Counted from the first letter of the stretch, positions 12,267 through 25,589 are shown. The stretch is DNA of 64,000 bases from Camelus ferus (GCF_009834535.1 NC_045697.1:111416001-111480000), one strand, 5' to 3'. Made by a program: numbers and translations. Notes: generated by a model from the sequence alone, not told the origin.

Positions 12267-14057
12267 ATCCAACTTGGTAATCTAGAAAAAGGGAATCCAC
12301 CTTCTACCATACAAATGAAACATAATGACTCAGTACATAATTGGTCATAGAGAAATTTTTAAGAAATTTTAAAAGGTAAAATTTTACAGATAAGACTATG
12401 GATCACATTCTCTGATAACCATAGAATGAAACTGGAAATTAATAAAATTTTGAGAAGAGGCATACAATTAGAAATTTTAAAACTCTTTCCTAAAAAATGA
12501 CATCAAAGGAAAAAATTAGAAATGAAACAGCAATACTGAGTTTGCTATATCAAAACCTTTAGGATTGCTCAAAGGTGTATGTACTCAAAAGATATTATGG
12601 TAACACTTTTTTCATACTTGAATATTAAAATAAATGAATGAAACCATTTTAAATTACAAAAAGATGGAAAATTCCTTTAAAATAATTAAAACTTAAAAAT
12701 AAGAAAAAACTATGAATTTATGAATTGAATAAACAAATTTTAGACCTCCTTACTTGAAGTAATAATGACGATGATGAAATAGACAAACACTTCTCAAAGT
12801 GTTAAAAAAAAAAAAGTGATGTTAAGAAAAAAAGTCAGTAACTCTGCCAAGAAAAAGTCTTCCTCTACACAAATAAGTTCTTTATTTTTAAGTTCTTTAA
12901 AACATCAGATAGACTTCACAAGTTTTCTGTTTTACTTTAAAACTTCTCAGATCTTTTCTTATGTTAATATGTACTTCGAATCCTCAAGAGGGGTATTTAC
13001 TACAATTTCCTGAGTTTATTTGCCCTCTTTTTTAGTATTCTGAGAACAGCTTGCAAAATGCTGAACTAGACAAATCTCTAGCAAAACTATTAATGAAAAA
13101 AGCAGAAATAATTAGATTAGAAACAATAAAATGGAAGTATTATAGAAAGTTTTTCTCTATACATTACTGTGTTAAAATGGAATGCTATGTATAGTCACAA
13201 TTAATTTAAATGGGAGAAAACTAAGAAAGCACCACCTTCTCCTTTATACAACTTTTGTTTAAAACTAGGATGTGATATTAATTAGGATTGTAAGATGGAT
13301 GGAAATGTGAGCACAAAATACTTATCCTAAATCAAACGTTAAGTGAGCATTCTTTAACTACAACTCAAATTGTCCTTTCCTGGGTGAAAAGATAGGCTCT
13401 TTGAAGGGACACAAAGAAATATCAAAGTCCCTCTTGTAAAAGCAGGAAGGATAGGGAATTTGTTAGGCAAATGTTAGGGGTTCTTTGGGCAAACTTGGAG
13501 AAGAAAGGGGAATTCACCCATTGGGAATGAGCCCTACCTCTGACAGTGAGACACTGGCACCGGAGCTTTAAACTGCCAAGTCCAGGAAATGGAATAGGGG
13601 TAAAGGTTATTTGCTGACCAGCCACACAAAGGACATAAAAATTAAGATTCAGTCCCTTCTCTGCCCACTAGAGGACAAGGAGCCAGACAAGCAGGTCCTG
13701 AAAGTACACCTTTCAATACATCTACTGTTTTCTGCCTTGAAGAAACGATCAGTCTACAGAGCACGCAATGAAAAGTCTCCAAACCCTAGTACAGGAAGAG
13801 TAGAAAAAAACAGATTGAGATGGTAAGTTTTTTTTTTTTTTTTTACTTTACTACTACACAGTAAGTGTCTGCCTTAAGACCATGCTTAATTTGACCAGTC
13901 TTAGGCAATTAAAGGAAAATAGATGGTAACCAGGCAGAGTCTGAAGAACTACAATTTTTCTACGTAGTGTAGACCAAAATATACTTCCCATTACATTAGT
14001 AAATATGTAGATCTCCATAACATGTTTTCTGAAAATAGATTACAACTCCAATCCCAA

Positions 14058-16057
14058 CACTATGTCGAATAAAAGTGGTGAGAGTGGGCATCTATGTCTT
14101 GTTTCAGATTTCAGCAGGAAGGCTCAGCTTTTCACCAGTAAGCATTATGTTGGTTGTGGGTTTGGGATAAACAGCTTTTATTATGTTGAGATATGTTCCC
14201 TCTATAATCACTTTGGTATCATGAATGGATATTGAATTTTATCAAATGCTTTTTCTGCATCTGTTGAGATGATCATGTGATTTTTGTACTTTCTTTTGTT
14301 GACGTGGTGTATCCTATTGGATTGACTTCTGTATGTTGAATCATCCTCGTGTGTCCCTGGGGTGAGTCCAACTTGATCATAGTGTATGATCTTTCTTAAG
14401 TGTTGTTAGATTCAGTTTGCTAACATTCTGTTGAGAATTTTTGCATCTATAATCATCAAAGATATTGGCCTACAATTTTCTTTTTTGGTAATGTCTTCAT
14501 CTGGTTTTGGTATCAGGGTGACGGTGGCTTCATAGAATGAGTTTGGAAGTGTTCCCTCCTGTTCAGTCTTTTGGAAGAGTCTGAGAATGATCAGTGTAAG
14601 TTCTTCTTAGTATGCTTGGTAGACTTCCCCAGTGAAGCCATCTGGCTCTGGACTTTTGCTTGCAAGGAGTTTTTTTTTATTACCGATACTATTTCACTTT
14701 TAGTGATCAGTCTGTTCAAATTATCTATTTCTTGATAGTTTTGGTGGGCTGTATGTTTCTAGAAACTTGTCCATTTCTTCTAGGTTGTCCAATTTGTTGG
14801 CATATAATTGTTCATAGTAGTCTCTCTCTTTTTTTTTTTTTTTTTTGTTCTGTAGTTCTGTGGTATTGGTTGTAATTTCTCCTCTTTCGTTTTATTATTT
14901 GGTTTATTTGAGTCCTCTCTCTTTTCTTCTTGGTGAGCCTGGCCAGAGGTTTGTTGATTTTTTTAGTCTTTAAAAAAACAGCTCTTAGTTTGATTGACAT
15001 TTTTCTATTTTCTAATCTCTATTTTATTTATTTCCCCCCCATCTTTATTATTTCTTTCCTTCTGCTAACTTTAGGTTTTGTTTGTTCTTCTTTTACTAAT
15101 TCCTTTAGATGGTAGGTTAGGTTGCTTATTTGAGACTGTTCTTGTATTCTGAGGAAGGCCTGTATCACTATGAACTTCCTTCTTAAGACTGCTTTTCTGC
15201 ATCCCATAGATTTTTGTGTGGTTGTGTTTTAATTGTCATGTGTCTCAAGATATTTTTTAATTTACTCTTTGATTTCATCATTGACCCATTAGCTTTTTAG
15301 TAGTATGATGTTTAGTCTCCATGCAATTTTTTTTTTTTTTTTATCATTTCCCTTTCTGTGGTTGATTTCCAGTTTCATGCCATTGTGGTCAGAAAAGATG
15401 TTTGAAATTTTCTATCCTCTTAAATGTGTTGAGGCTTGTTTTGTGCCCAAATATGTGGTCTATCCTAGAGAATGTTCCATAGGCACTTGAAAAGAATGTA
15501 TATTCTGTTTTGGGGGGATGTAATGTCCTAAAAATATCAACCAAGTCCAATTGTTCTATTGTGCCATTTAGTATCTCCTTTGCTTTACTGATTTTCTGTC
15601 TGGAAGACCAGTCCAATAATGTTAATGGGATATTAAAGTCTCCCACTATTATTGTGTTCCCATCAATTTCTCCCTTTCTGTCTGTTAGTATTTGTTTCAT
15701 ATATTTAGGTGCTCCTATATTGGGTGCATATATGTTAAAAAGTGTAATATCCTCATCTTGTATTGTTCCTTTTATCATTACACAGTGTCCTTCTTTATCT
15801 TTCTTTATGGACTTTGTTTTAAATTATATTCTGTCTGATATGAGTATTGCTATTCCTGCTTTCTGGTCACTTCCATTTGCATGAAATATCTTTTTCCATC
15901 TCCTTACTTTCAATCTGTGTGTGTCCTTTGCCCTAAAGTGGGTCTCTTGAAGGCAGCATAATGTAGACTCTTGTTTTATTACCCAATCTGCCACTGGATG
16001 TCTTTTGATTGGAACATTTAGTCTATTGTCATTTACAGTAATCATTGATAGATGTGC
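14058..16057 (-). mobile_element. Internal L1 ORF2 fragment (endonuclease domain to early RT), frameshifted, no 3' tail
   Basis: ORFs 15824-16138 (…LCCLQETHFRAKDTHRLKV…), 15389-15778 (…NIYAPNIGAP…IIVGDFN…SRIDH…) and 14812-15000 (…INKPLARLTKKKRE…) are L1 ORF2 EN and linker peptides. Confidence 0.92.
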
Positions 16058-17731
16058 ATTAAAACTCTTAATTCCAAATCTGACAAAAATTATATAAAAC
16101 ATAAAATAGAGGCCAATCTCCTTTATGAAAATAGACATAAAAATCTAAATGAAATATCAGAAGACAGAATATATTAAAGTAATCTGCCCCAATCAGAGTT
16201 TATTTTTAGTATTCTTTAAATAAAAATTCATTTCAAGTCAAACGACATTTGGTAAAACTACTTAATTATTGCAAAGGCTTAATGCATTGAATCTGCAAGT
16301 ATAGAAGTGTAGTCATTTACATGCTAAGTAGGCACATGCACCATCATACACAGAAGAGCCAATCCCTCAAAAGTCAGAGTTAAGACACCTAATAGTATTA
16401 TGTAACAATATACTAGAAATTCTTAACTTTTAATACATGCATGTGACTACATTAAAATATATAAACTCTGACAAATAAAATGCAAACACTGTATACAAAT
16501 TATATAGTAGACTGAGAAAAACTGAAAGGAATCATTTGGACACTATTAAGACTTGAGAGTTCCACAAAATGGCCAAAAACAAGATAATATACATGAAAAA
16601 TCAACAGTTCTTACACTCTAGCAATAATAACTTAAAAATACAATTGAAAGAAAAAATTATCTATCATAGTAATAAAAATATTATTTGTATAGGAATGACT
16701 ATAGTGAAAGATATAGTACCAATATTAATAAAGTGCTATAATTCTCTGAGAAATAAAAGATATAAATATTTTCATTTTTTCCAGATTCATTGTTTGATGT
16801 ATTTTCAGTCAGTATAAAAGAGGATATTTTTGTTGCATGATAAAATGATTCTGAAGACCTCCTAGGAAACAGAAATAGTAAGAACAACAAAACAAAAATC
16901 ATTAAAGAGACAAGATCTGAGAATGAGGGTGAGGATAATAGCACTAAGAGGTATCTTGAGGTACCCACACATATAAAGCCATAAAAGTGAAAAAATGTAT
17001 GAGCACAAGAAGAGTGAAACAATTGTGTGTATGCATATATCTCTCAGAAATAACCTATTATATTTCTTGATACCCAATAAGAAGACATTCTAAATTTGTG
17101 GTTTAAAAATATTCAATAAAAAAAAAACAGCAAATGAAACAAAAAATAAAAGAATGAAAACATTCAGTGAAGGAGGCTGGATCAATCAGCTAACAACTTA
17201 TAGAAAATAATATTTAGGTCTTCACCTCCCACCACACAATAAAGACTGAGTGGGTGGATGGGTGGGTGCGTTGGTAGGTTTTGGAAACTTTGAATACAGC
17301 ACTTTTCAGCTGAAGGTTGGAACCAAAATCTCCTTTGTAACTTTTTCCATAAACATATGTTTACGCACTAGGTAAGTGTAAAGGACAAGAAGTCTGATGG
17401 ACAATGAGATTAAGTAATCTTATCTGCAAAATCCCTTCTCCTATTAAGATGCACTAGCAGTGGCAAAAGCTGGGAGACATACAAAACTGAATTCAGATCC
17501 TGACTCCACTACTTACCAGGTGAAGACGTTGACTTGGTTTATATGATTCTTTGTTTCCCCAATTATAAAGTGAGTAAGGTAATAATAACTTAAAATATTA
17601 GAGGATTAAATAAAATAATTTATGTAAAGTGTCTAGATTTCAGAATTGCAGTTCATTTAAAAACATACCAATACATAAGCTTATTTCTCTGGAAAACTGT
17701 CTTTTTAAAAGTAAAACAAATTTTCATAATA

Positions 17732-17983
17732 CAGTTGACACTTGAACGATGCAGGGGTGAGAGGCACTGACCCTCCATACAGTCGAAAAAAACGTGTCCA
17801 GCTTATACTCAGCCCTCCACATCCACAGCTCCTCTGTATCCATGGGCCCGCACCTGCAGACTCAACCAACCATGAACCAAGCAGTGCTGTAGGACTTACT
17901 ACTGAAAAACACACACACACACACACATACACTCCCATCCATGAACCCACGCAGTTCAAACCCTGTTGCTCAAAGGCCAACTG
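17732..17983. mobile_element. Tigger2-derived MITE (MER8-like), with internal (CA)n
   Basis: TA|CAGTTGACACTTGAAC ... GCTCAAAGGCCAACTG|TA: inverted termini and TA target duplication; 252 bp. Confidence 0.88.
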
Positions 17984-18351
17984 TATATCCACTATTTTGC
18001 CTTCAGTTCTTGAGGAAAAGGGCAGAAGCATCACTACATAGTCCACCTCCCAGCCTTTCATTTTAGTCACTTAAACTTAAAATACAAAACTTGTTAGTAT
18101 GGTGAAAAATCCAAGAGCAAACCAACAAATAGATAAGAATCAAATATATTAAATTATTTATAGTTTCTCCTAAACAAGAAGAGAGAAGTATGCAGTATTC
18201 TTACATACGAAATAAAAGACATGTTCAAGCACACCACAGAAACGCTTAGGTGTTCTAGAAGAGGGCTGTAAAGCCCAGGCTTACTTGATTCCTTAGGCTG
18301 GATACCCCCAAGAAAATGGAATAAGCAGTTCTGTATCAATTTTAAGCATAG

Positions 18352-19390
18352 AAGGAGGTGTGGCCAAGATGGCAGAGGAGGAGCTCACATCCTCCCACAG
18401 GCACACCAAAATTACAACTATTTACAGAGCTACTATCTAAGACAATAACTTGAAAACTAGCTGGAGAGATTTTTCACAACTAAAGATACAGAGAAAGAAC
18501 CTCAAGAAAAAGGGAAAGCAGGGCAGAGACATGGTTCAGTCAAGACCCACACTCCTAGGTAGGTGACTCACAAATTGGAGGATAATCACAATTGCAGAGT
18601 TTCTCCCCAAGAAGCAAAGGGTCAGAGCCCCACTTAAGGCTCCCCAGCCCAGAGTCCTGCACTGGGAAGATGAGACCCCAGAATGTCTGGCTTTGAAGGG
18701 CTGCAGGGCTTCTGTACAGGAGAGCCGGGGGGCTGCAGGAAACAGAGATTCAGCTTTTCAAGTGTGATATAGTACTAGAAGATAAACTTGAAGATAAAGT
18801 ACTGGAAATCACCCAAGCTGAAAAGAAAAAAGAATAGAGAATTTTTTTTTTAATGAGGATAGTTTAAGAGACCTCTAGGACACTATCAGTGTACTAACAT
18901 TTGCATTATAGGGGTCCTAGAGGAGAAGAGAGAGAGGAAGGGGCACAGAACTTGTTTACTTGTTGGAAGAATAATAGCTGAAAACTTCCCTAACCTGGGA
19001 AAGGAATCAGACAACCAGGTCCGGAAAGCACAGACAGTCCCTAACAAAAGAATCCCAAGAAGTCCACACTGAGATACATGTTATAATTAAAACAGCAAAA
19101 ATTAAAGACAAAGAGAAATTCTTAAAAGCAGCAAGAGAAAAGCAACTGGTCACATATAAGAGAACTGCCATAAGACTATCAGCTGACTTTTCAGCAGAAA
19201 CTTTATGGGCCAGAGGAAGTGGAATGATACATTCTAAAGGATAAAACTTAAAACCAAGAATACTCTCCCCACCAAGGTTTTCATTCAGGCTTGATGGATA
19301 GATCAAAAGTTTTACAGACAAGCAAAATCCCAAAGTATTCGGCACCACCTAACCAGCTTTATAAGAAATGTTCAAGAGATTTCTCTAAGC
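18352..19390 (+). mobile_element. L1 5'UTR plus ORF1 remnant, ending near the ORF1 stop; no ORF2
   Basis: Begins 'ggccaagatggcagag' (YY1 site typical of L1 5' ends). ORF1 blocks: 'ttaagagacctctaggacac', 'atagctgaaaacttccctaacctgggaaagg', 'ataagactatcagctgacttttcagcagaaac'. Confidence 0.82.
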
Positions 19391-20436
19391 CTCAACATTT
19401 TTATCGCTCCTTTTCTATATCCCACACTAAAGACCTTTTTAAGGGAAAAAGTGAAAAAATGTTCTGCACAGTCTTTCAGTTAGAAAATTATTACTGCCAT
19501 CTTAGAAACCTATTACCATTCTTAGGAGAATTGTTTCTTACCGCAAAAATGTGAAAGGGACAGATTTAATACAAATCAACTCCTTTTATGTAAAACAAAA
19601 CTTTTAAAGAACTTTGGTTACAATCTCTAAGTAAACAAAACTTCTATTCCAATGGAATAATGTGTCTCACATTTCTAGTATCCTGACACAATTACACACT
19701 TACTTAATATTCTGTTTCTGTACTATCACTTTTTCTTGTAATAAATACTAGCCAGGAGTTTTAATTTTTCCACAAAACCTTAAAACTACAGATAGATAAT
19801 TTTATAGTCTGATTTTTAGCACAATCGCCCCTCACTGAATACTTCCTGTCACCATCTGCCTCTTTTAAGGCCAAATAGAACATTTCTTGGCTTGCTTACT
19901 TTTCTGCACAGTCTGCTGTCTGGCATTTTTCTCACCACCTCCTGGCCTTCTGTATTTTTGGAGCACGGCTCCAATCTGATTGAGTCTTGGCTCTTCCAAC
20001 TCCTGTGTTCCTGATTTTTCCGATAGGTCTTGAATGTCAATCAATGGGCTAAGTTCTCATTCACACAAAATGTGTTTGCCTCACTGCCGGCTAAGGACAT
20101 TTGTGTTTTAAATCAGAACATTTATTAAATTCCTCTATCTATTATTCTAAATGACCATGGCCCAGAGTAAAAGCACTGAAGGCAGGAAACTCAGTTCCCC
20201 CCAGAATTTGATTCCAACAGTGAATATGTAACAGCAGCACAGGAATTTGATCCTTGAAGTCCTTCATCATTTACATGCAGTGAAATGCCCCTTACACAGA
20301 ACCACAGGGAAAGAAGTCAGACTTTGTCAATACTGAACAGAAAATTATTTACGATTCTGATTTTTCTTGTCTACTGTAAATTATTTATTAGTATCCCACC
20401 ACTTTCTAGGCACTACTCCAGGGCTGGGGATTCAAT

Positions 20437-20556
20437 GTAGCTCACAGAGAAAGGAATGTGACAATGAATATATATATGTTCATGTATAATTGAAAAATTG
20501 TGCTCTACACTGGAATTTGACACATTGTAAAATGATTATAAATCAATAAAAAATGT

Positions 20557-20617
<61 letters not shown>

Positions 20618-20632
20618 ATTAAAAATAAATAA
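20437..20632 (+). mobile_element. Short young L1 3' end with long (TAAA)n tail
   Basis: Near-identical to the 3' terminus of the L1 at 2524-3022; (TAAA)n at ~20563-20618. Confidence 0.88.
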
Positions 20633-21469
20633 AAAGACAGACAAGATACTAAAGTTATAAATAAAAAAAAAAAGTTACTGAACTTACAGCCCTAGACATT
20701 TTCAGTTGAGTAAAACAGTGAGGTTTCACTCTAATATTGACATGATCGACTTAATTTAGTGCTGTCTTCTACATAGCTTTCTCTAGATTAAAATCTAGGT
20801 GGTTCTAAGTGAAATGTAATTGTTACCATTGAAAAAGACAAAGCCAATGATGAAAAGCTTTTACTGTCAACAAAGATTTATGAGTGAATAAACAAATAGC
20901 TTCCAGCTCTATTGTCCATTAGTTTTGCAACCCTAAAGCAACCCTAAAGCTAATTAATCCCTCTGAACTTGCTTCTTTATTGGTAAAATGGAAGTAAAAT
21001 CCCCACTTCAGTAGACTGTTGTATTAAAGGAAGTAATTCATACAAAGTCCTAGACCATAGATATTGCTCAATAATGAATAGCTCCATCTTTAATCAAATG
21101 TCATCCAACAATGTCAAGAGAATTATATTTAACTTAGTCCAAGTATTTTCATATGGCTATATCTGACTTTTAGGAAATTCACTCATTAAAAAAGGTTCAA
21201 ATTAAGCAGAATGGACAGTGCCCCAATTTCCATAACCATCAACACCACACCTGCCACTGATCCTGCACCGGCTACTCCATTCCATTTTATCCTCTAGTCT
21301 GAGAAGATGCCCTTCCTGCCTCTTAAATTCAGTGGTCAGTTGACACCTTTTGTAAGGAAATCTGCCAGCTTTCCCAATAAAATCCAACCCCAGTCCCACA
21401 AGGCTACAGTGAAGGAAGCATCCCATATGGTGATGGGAAGCTGGATGGCAGGGTCCCGACTTTTCTTTG

Positions 21470-21800
21470 AACTCCCATCACTCACTGACTACTTCGCTCA
21501 TTCGGAAAGGTTTACTGAGTGCCCACTGTGTATCAGGCACTGCTCTAGGCGCTGAGAATACAGTACTGAAACAGGTAAACATAGTGCTCATCTCTCCGAG
21601 CCTAAGGCCAACAGCATGTGTGACTGCAAAACAGGTGAGGAGCAGGCATCTGTAGGTTTACTGGAACATGTGGGGCCAATCTAAGCCAGGCCGTGGGAAT
21701 CGGGGGCATCTTACCTACTCTGAACTCTGAAGAAGGATCAGCTGGCCAGATAATGACAAGGAAGAGCAGTCTGGGCAGAGGAAACGGGATGTGCAAAGCC
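21470..21800 (-). mobile_element. L2 3' fragment
   Basis: 'tttactgagtgcccactgtgtatcaggcactgctctaggcgctgagaatacag'. Confidence 0.65.
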
Positions 21801-23807
21801 TGGAGTGGAACAGTGTTTTGGGGCTATAGAGACAAGCAAGTTACACGGAAGGACTGGAATTATCTACTGTGTCTTCTCTCTTGCTGGTTTCCGATCTGTT
21901 ACCCCAAAGCCTCCACCTCCCTCTTGTATCAGTGCTTCACCCTGCCATGAGCTATGCTGTTGGAAATTTGAAACAGCATCTTGTGTCCCCACTTGGCGGA
22001 GAGCATTAGGAGAGCAGCAGCCAGACCCAGCCCAGTCGGGGTAGCGTAACTGCTGAGCCCCGAGGGGCGAGGCGAGTGGAGGGAGAGTGGGCGGAGTCAG
22101 CGCCAGGCTTGGTTACACCCTCCGTGGTCACAACTTCCCCCTCCATCACTGAGCATGCAAGACCGACTTGTACTAAGGAGGCCAGAGTTTCCTTGCACTG
22201 ACCTGGAAGGCACTGATATGGTCTCAATTAAAGTTATGCTGGGTTGGCACAGGGTGTGGATGGTGGCTGAGCTGGCAGGGGGTACCGATGGGAACATGCC
22301 TCACCTGGACCAGCACCTAAGCCTCAAAAAAAATAAAAAAATAAAAAACCATGAACGCTGTGCCTAGAACTGGAGAATCTAAGCCAAGTTCAAATTCTCT
22401 ATTTTACATTTAGTGTTTATCTCCAATGGATCTATATTCTAAACAAAACTAAACAACTAACCAAAAGAACTGTCTCCTTTGAGGACTGTATATAACAGAA
22501 GTTTAGCTCAGTTCTCCCGTATTACGTATAGAGCAAAGGCCTATGTGACAAAGATAACATGTAGTATGTCACCAGCTAAGTATACTTAAATGAATTTTGA
22601 TCTACACATTTCTACCTAATTGAAATCACATACTTTCAAGTTACGAAATAATTAGGTAGATGCTAGGGGACCAGACAGACACGGAATATAAATGTTTACC
22701 AATAAGCTTGTACTTATGGTGGAAATTTAAGTATTAGTCATTGTTAATTGTCCCAAAACATACCTTCAGGGAAAATAAGACTGAGAAAATGTTAAAGATC
22801 GTGGTGACAGCCACCCTGAATAATACTGCTTTCATTTTGCTGTATTCAATCCAAATGATAAAATAATGTATTAAAATTCCCCTCCAGATAGCAGTTGCTT
22901 TAAAAGATAATTCAAGTCAGTTCTTACACGGTTGTTCCCTAGAGAACAACAGATGCTTCAAGCGCATGGGAAGAAACAACACCGCTGTCCACTGCCCCAG
23001 TCTCCGGAGAAGCAGATCAGCTCACTGCCCCGGAAACCGGTAAAAACTTTTCTCGAAGGTTTTCTCAATCAAAAGGTCAATGATCCAGAGAAAGTTTCAA
23101 TTTGGCACTATTAACATTTTCACTAATTTTACCTGTTTGTGATCAGCAAGGCTAAGGATGAAACAAAGATTCTACATCTATGTTTCCTTCAAACATACTC
23201 ACTTGGAATTAATTTATAATAGTGAAATTAATTTATAATAATGAGGTAGTTTCAGAAAACTCATTCTTAGTGTTAATTCTGCTACAAACAAAAACACCAG
23301 CTTTCTGTCCTCCCAACCTGGCACTTTGTAAAGTCACTAAAGTTCACTTCAAAATGCAAATATTATCCTAAGCAAATAGCCAGCTGCACATGCAGTCATG
23401 TGAGGTGGTGCTTTTCAAGTTCAATTTTATTTCTGGATGCATTTTTCTGAATTACTTTATTTCACTATAAATATAATATATATATAATGGCATCCAAGTT
23501 ATTTTTTGTCAAACATTTCTTTGGACAAACTGTATAAACCAGTTGATTTTCACCAAACTCCTGTGATGATGGAGCCAGGTAGCCTTCAAGGGAACACTGT
23601 TCAGCCTATTAATACACAATTTATGCAGGAAAAATATTCTTAGCTTCCTGGTTGCATGACTGTTTTTCTTACACAAAAACTATTCTTAGAAGCATAACAA
23701 ATTTTGTTTTTCAAGTAAGAACATCTCGCTTTAGGTTGTGTAGAAATACACTCATTATTTAAATTCACACTTCTTTAAAGCAGGATATTCTATTCATTAC
23801 AAGATTC

Positions 23808-24103
23808 TTTTTTGGTTTTTTTTGTTTCTTTTTATTATTATTGAAGTATAGTCAGTTTACAATGTTGTGTCAATTTCTGGTGTACAGTATGTTTCAGTCA
23901 TGCATATACATACATATATTCATTTTCATATTCTTTTTCATTATGTTACTACAAGATATTGAATATAGTTCCCTGTGCTACACAGAAGAAACTGTTATGT
24001 TTTATATGTAGTAGTTAGTATCTGCAAATCTCCAACTCCCAGTTTATCCCTCCTGACCCCCTTTCCCCATGGTAACCATAAGTTTGTTTTCTATGTCTGT
24101 GAG
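23808..24103 (-). mobile_element. L1 3' end
   Basis: T-rich tail plus 'attgaagtatagtcagtttacaatgttgtgtc...ggtaaccataagtttgttttctatgtctgtgag'. Confidence 0.88.
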
Positions 24104-25212
24104 CCAAAAAATAAATAAATAAAATTTATAGCTTTGCTTTCATTTGTCATTAAAACAGACAGAAAAAAAGCTCTCTTTAGAATGAAATAAATTTTCTCCA
24201 AAGAGGCAGAACTACTTTCAAGATACGTTCATCTGATTAATTTGATACATGAAGCCTCTTCAAGGAGTAATCCCTCAAGTTATTTTAGGAAAATAATGAG
24301 AGTAAAAGCTTAAAATGTGAATTACATAGCTTTTAAAATTCTAAATCCTTCATGGATTTTATTTTGCCATTCTATTCCAGGAAAAAAATAAATAAATCTT
24401 TTGAGAAACTAACAAAGCTAAGACATTCTTTTTTCCCCAGGATGCTATAAGCAAATCCAGAAAATGTTTCAAACTAAACATTCTTCTTGTCCATAAAAAG
24501 AAAACCAGAATATTTCTCCAAGTGCTATTAATAATTTAACTTAGAATAGAATCATAAGCTTGCACGAATGAAAGATTACTTGCTCTATCCCCTTGCTCAG
24601 AAAGACCCTGAACTACACTTTTCGGGAAAGAGAAACAGCTGGCCTGTTTTCAGCATCTCCAGGACGTCTATGCCAGAGGCGCTGAGGAAGATGGAGACAA
24701 GGCTTCCGAGGAGTCTTCCTGGCCCCCTGGGCTGCACTGGCCATCCCTCCTCTGCGTTCCCATAGCACTATCCCATAATATGCACCACGTGCCCTAATTA
24801 TCTACTTACAAGTCAGTTTCCCACACAAAAGTTTCCAAGCCATTTTAGTGATCCCTGCTCTTTTATTTAAGACAACACGCTCAGAATGTTTAAGTAACTG
24901 ACAAAGTCTCAAAAGTAGTAAGTGACAAAGCTGGAATTCAATGAGGAGCCATCTGATTCCAAAGGCCCTCACACTCTCCGTTATACGTTGCATTTCAATT
25001 ACATCTCAATTTTTAAAAAGAGAGAGTGCGTGCTGAGAAGTTCGGTCTGACCTGAGACGACACGCGGATCACTGGAGGGATTTGAGCAGAGAAGCTGCAC
25101 AGATCTGTGTTTCACTCTGCGATGGTGGGGAGAAGCGGGTGGCGGGCCGTGCTGGTAAGAGGCTGGGAAGCCAATGAGGGGACTGGGGCATTAATCACAC
25201 AAGAGAGACAGG

Positions 25213-25400
25213 GGGAGGGAGGACACAGCTCAGCGATAAAGCACGTGCTTAGCATGCACGAGGTCCTGGGTTCAATCCTCCATTAAATAAATAGATAAAC
25301 AATCAAATAAACAAACCTAATTACCTACCCACCATAAACAGTTTAAAAAGTAAGAATTTTTTTAAAAATTTTTAAAAAAAAGTAAGAATCAACAACAAAA
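25213..25400 (+). mobile_element. tRNA-derived SINE, camelid Vic-1 type
   Basis: A-box/B-box tRNA head 'cagctcagcgataaagcacgtgcttagcatgcacgaggtcctgggttcaatcc', followed by 'aaacaaacctaattacc' and an A-rich tail. Confidence 0.85.
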
Positions 25401-25589
25401 AGAGATGGAGGAGGAGACTCTGGAACTTCTCCCTGACGTACGACTTCAAATAGGTCACTTGCTAAATTTTTAATTTTTTCCTATTGTTAAATATGAAGAA
25501 AACTAGCTGCCCCGCCTGCCGGTTCACCGGCTGTTGTAAGGCTAAGACGTCCGCACATGCGCGGTGCTGACTGCGCGGAGCTCAGGAGC

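Larger units (their letters stand above)
10700..17240 (+). mobile_element. Ancient, highly degraded L1 (L1M-type) ORF2 remnants hosting several younger insertions
   Basis: A-rich tract with recognisable ORF2 blocks in consensus order: 'cacattctctgataaccatagaatgaaactggaaattaataa' (~12405), 'gacaaatctctagcaaaact' (~13070), 'aggccaatctcctttatgaaaatagac' (~16110). Boundaries are approximate. Confidence 0.6.

Noticed and set aside
14812..16138. Endonuclease/RT-like ORFs (also 44306-44958, 11157-11381) as functional genes
   Set aside because: Frameshifted, truncated L1 ORF2 remnants with no intact ORF.
16058..19390. Idea that a 3.3-kb inversion separated the + strand L1 5'UTR/ORF1 from the - strand ORF2 fragment of one element
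   Set aside because: The older host L1 stays on the + strand and collinear on both sides of the ORF2 fragment, which has its own direct repeats. Independent insertions are simpler.
20563..20632. Regular repeat array
   Set aside because: (TAAA)n expansion of an L1 poly-A tail. It has no spacers, and there is no CRISPR-like or prokaryotic content anywhere in the window.
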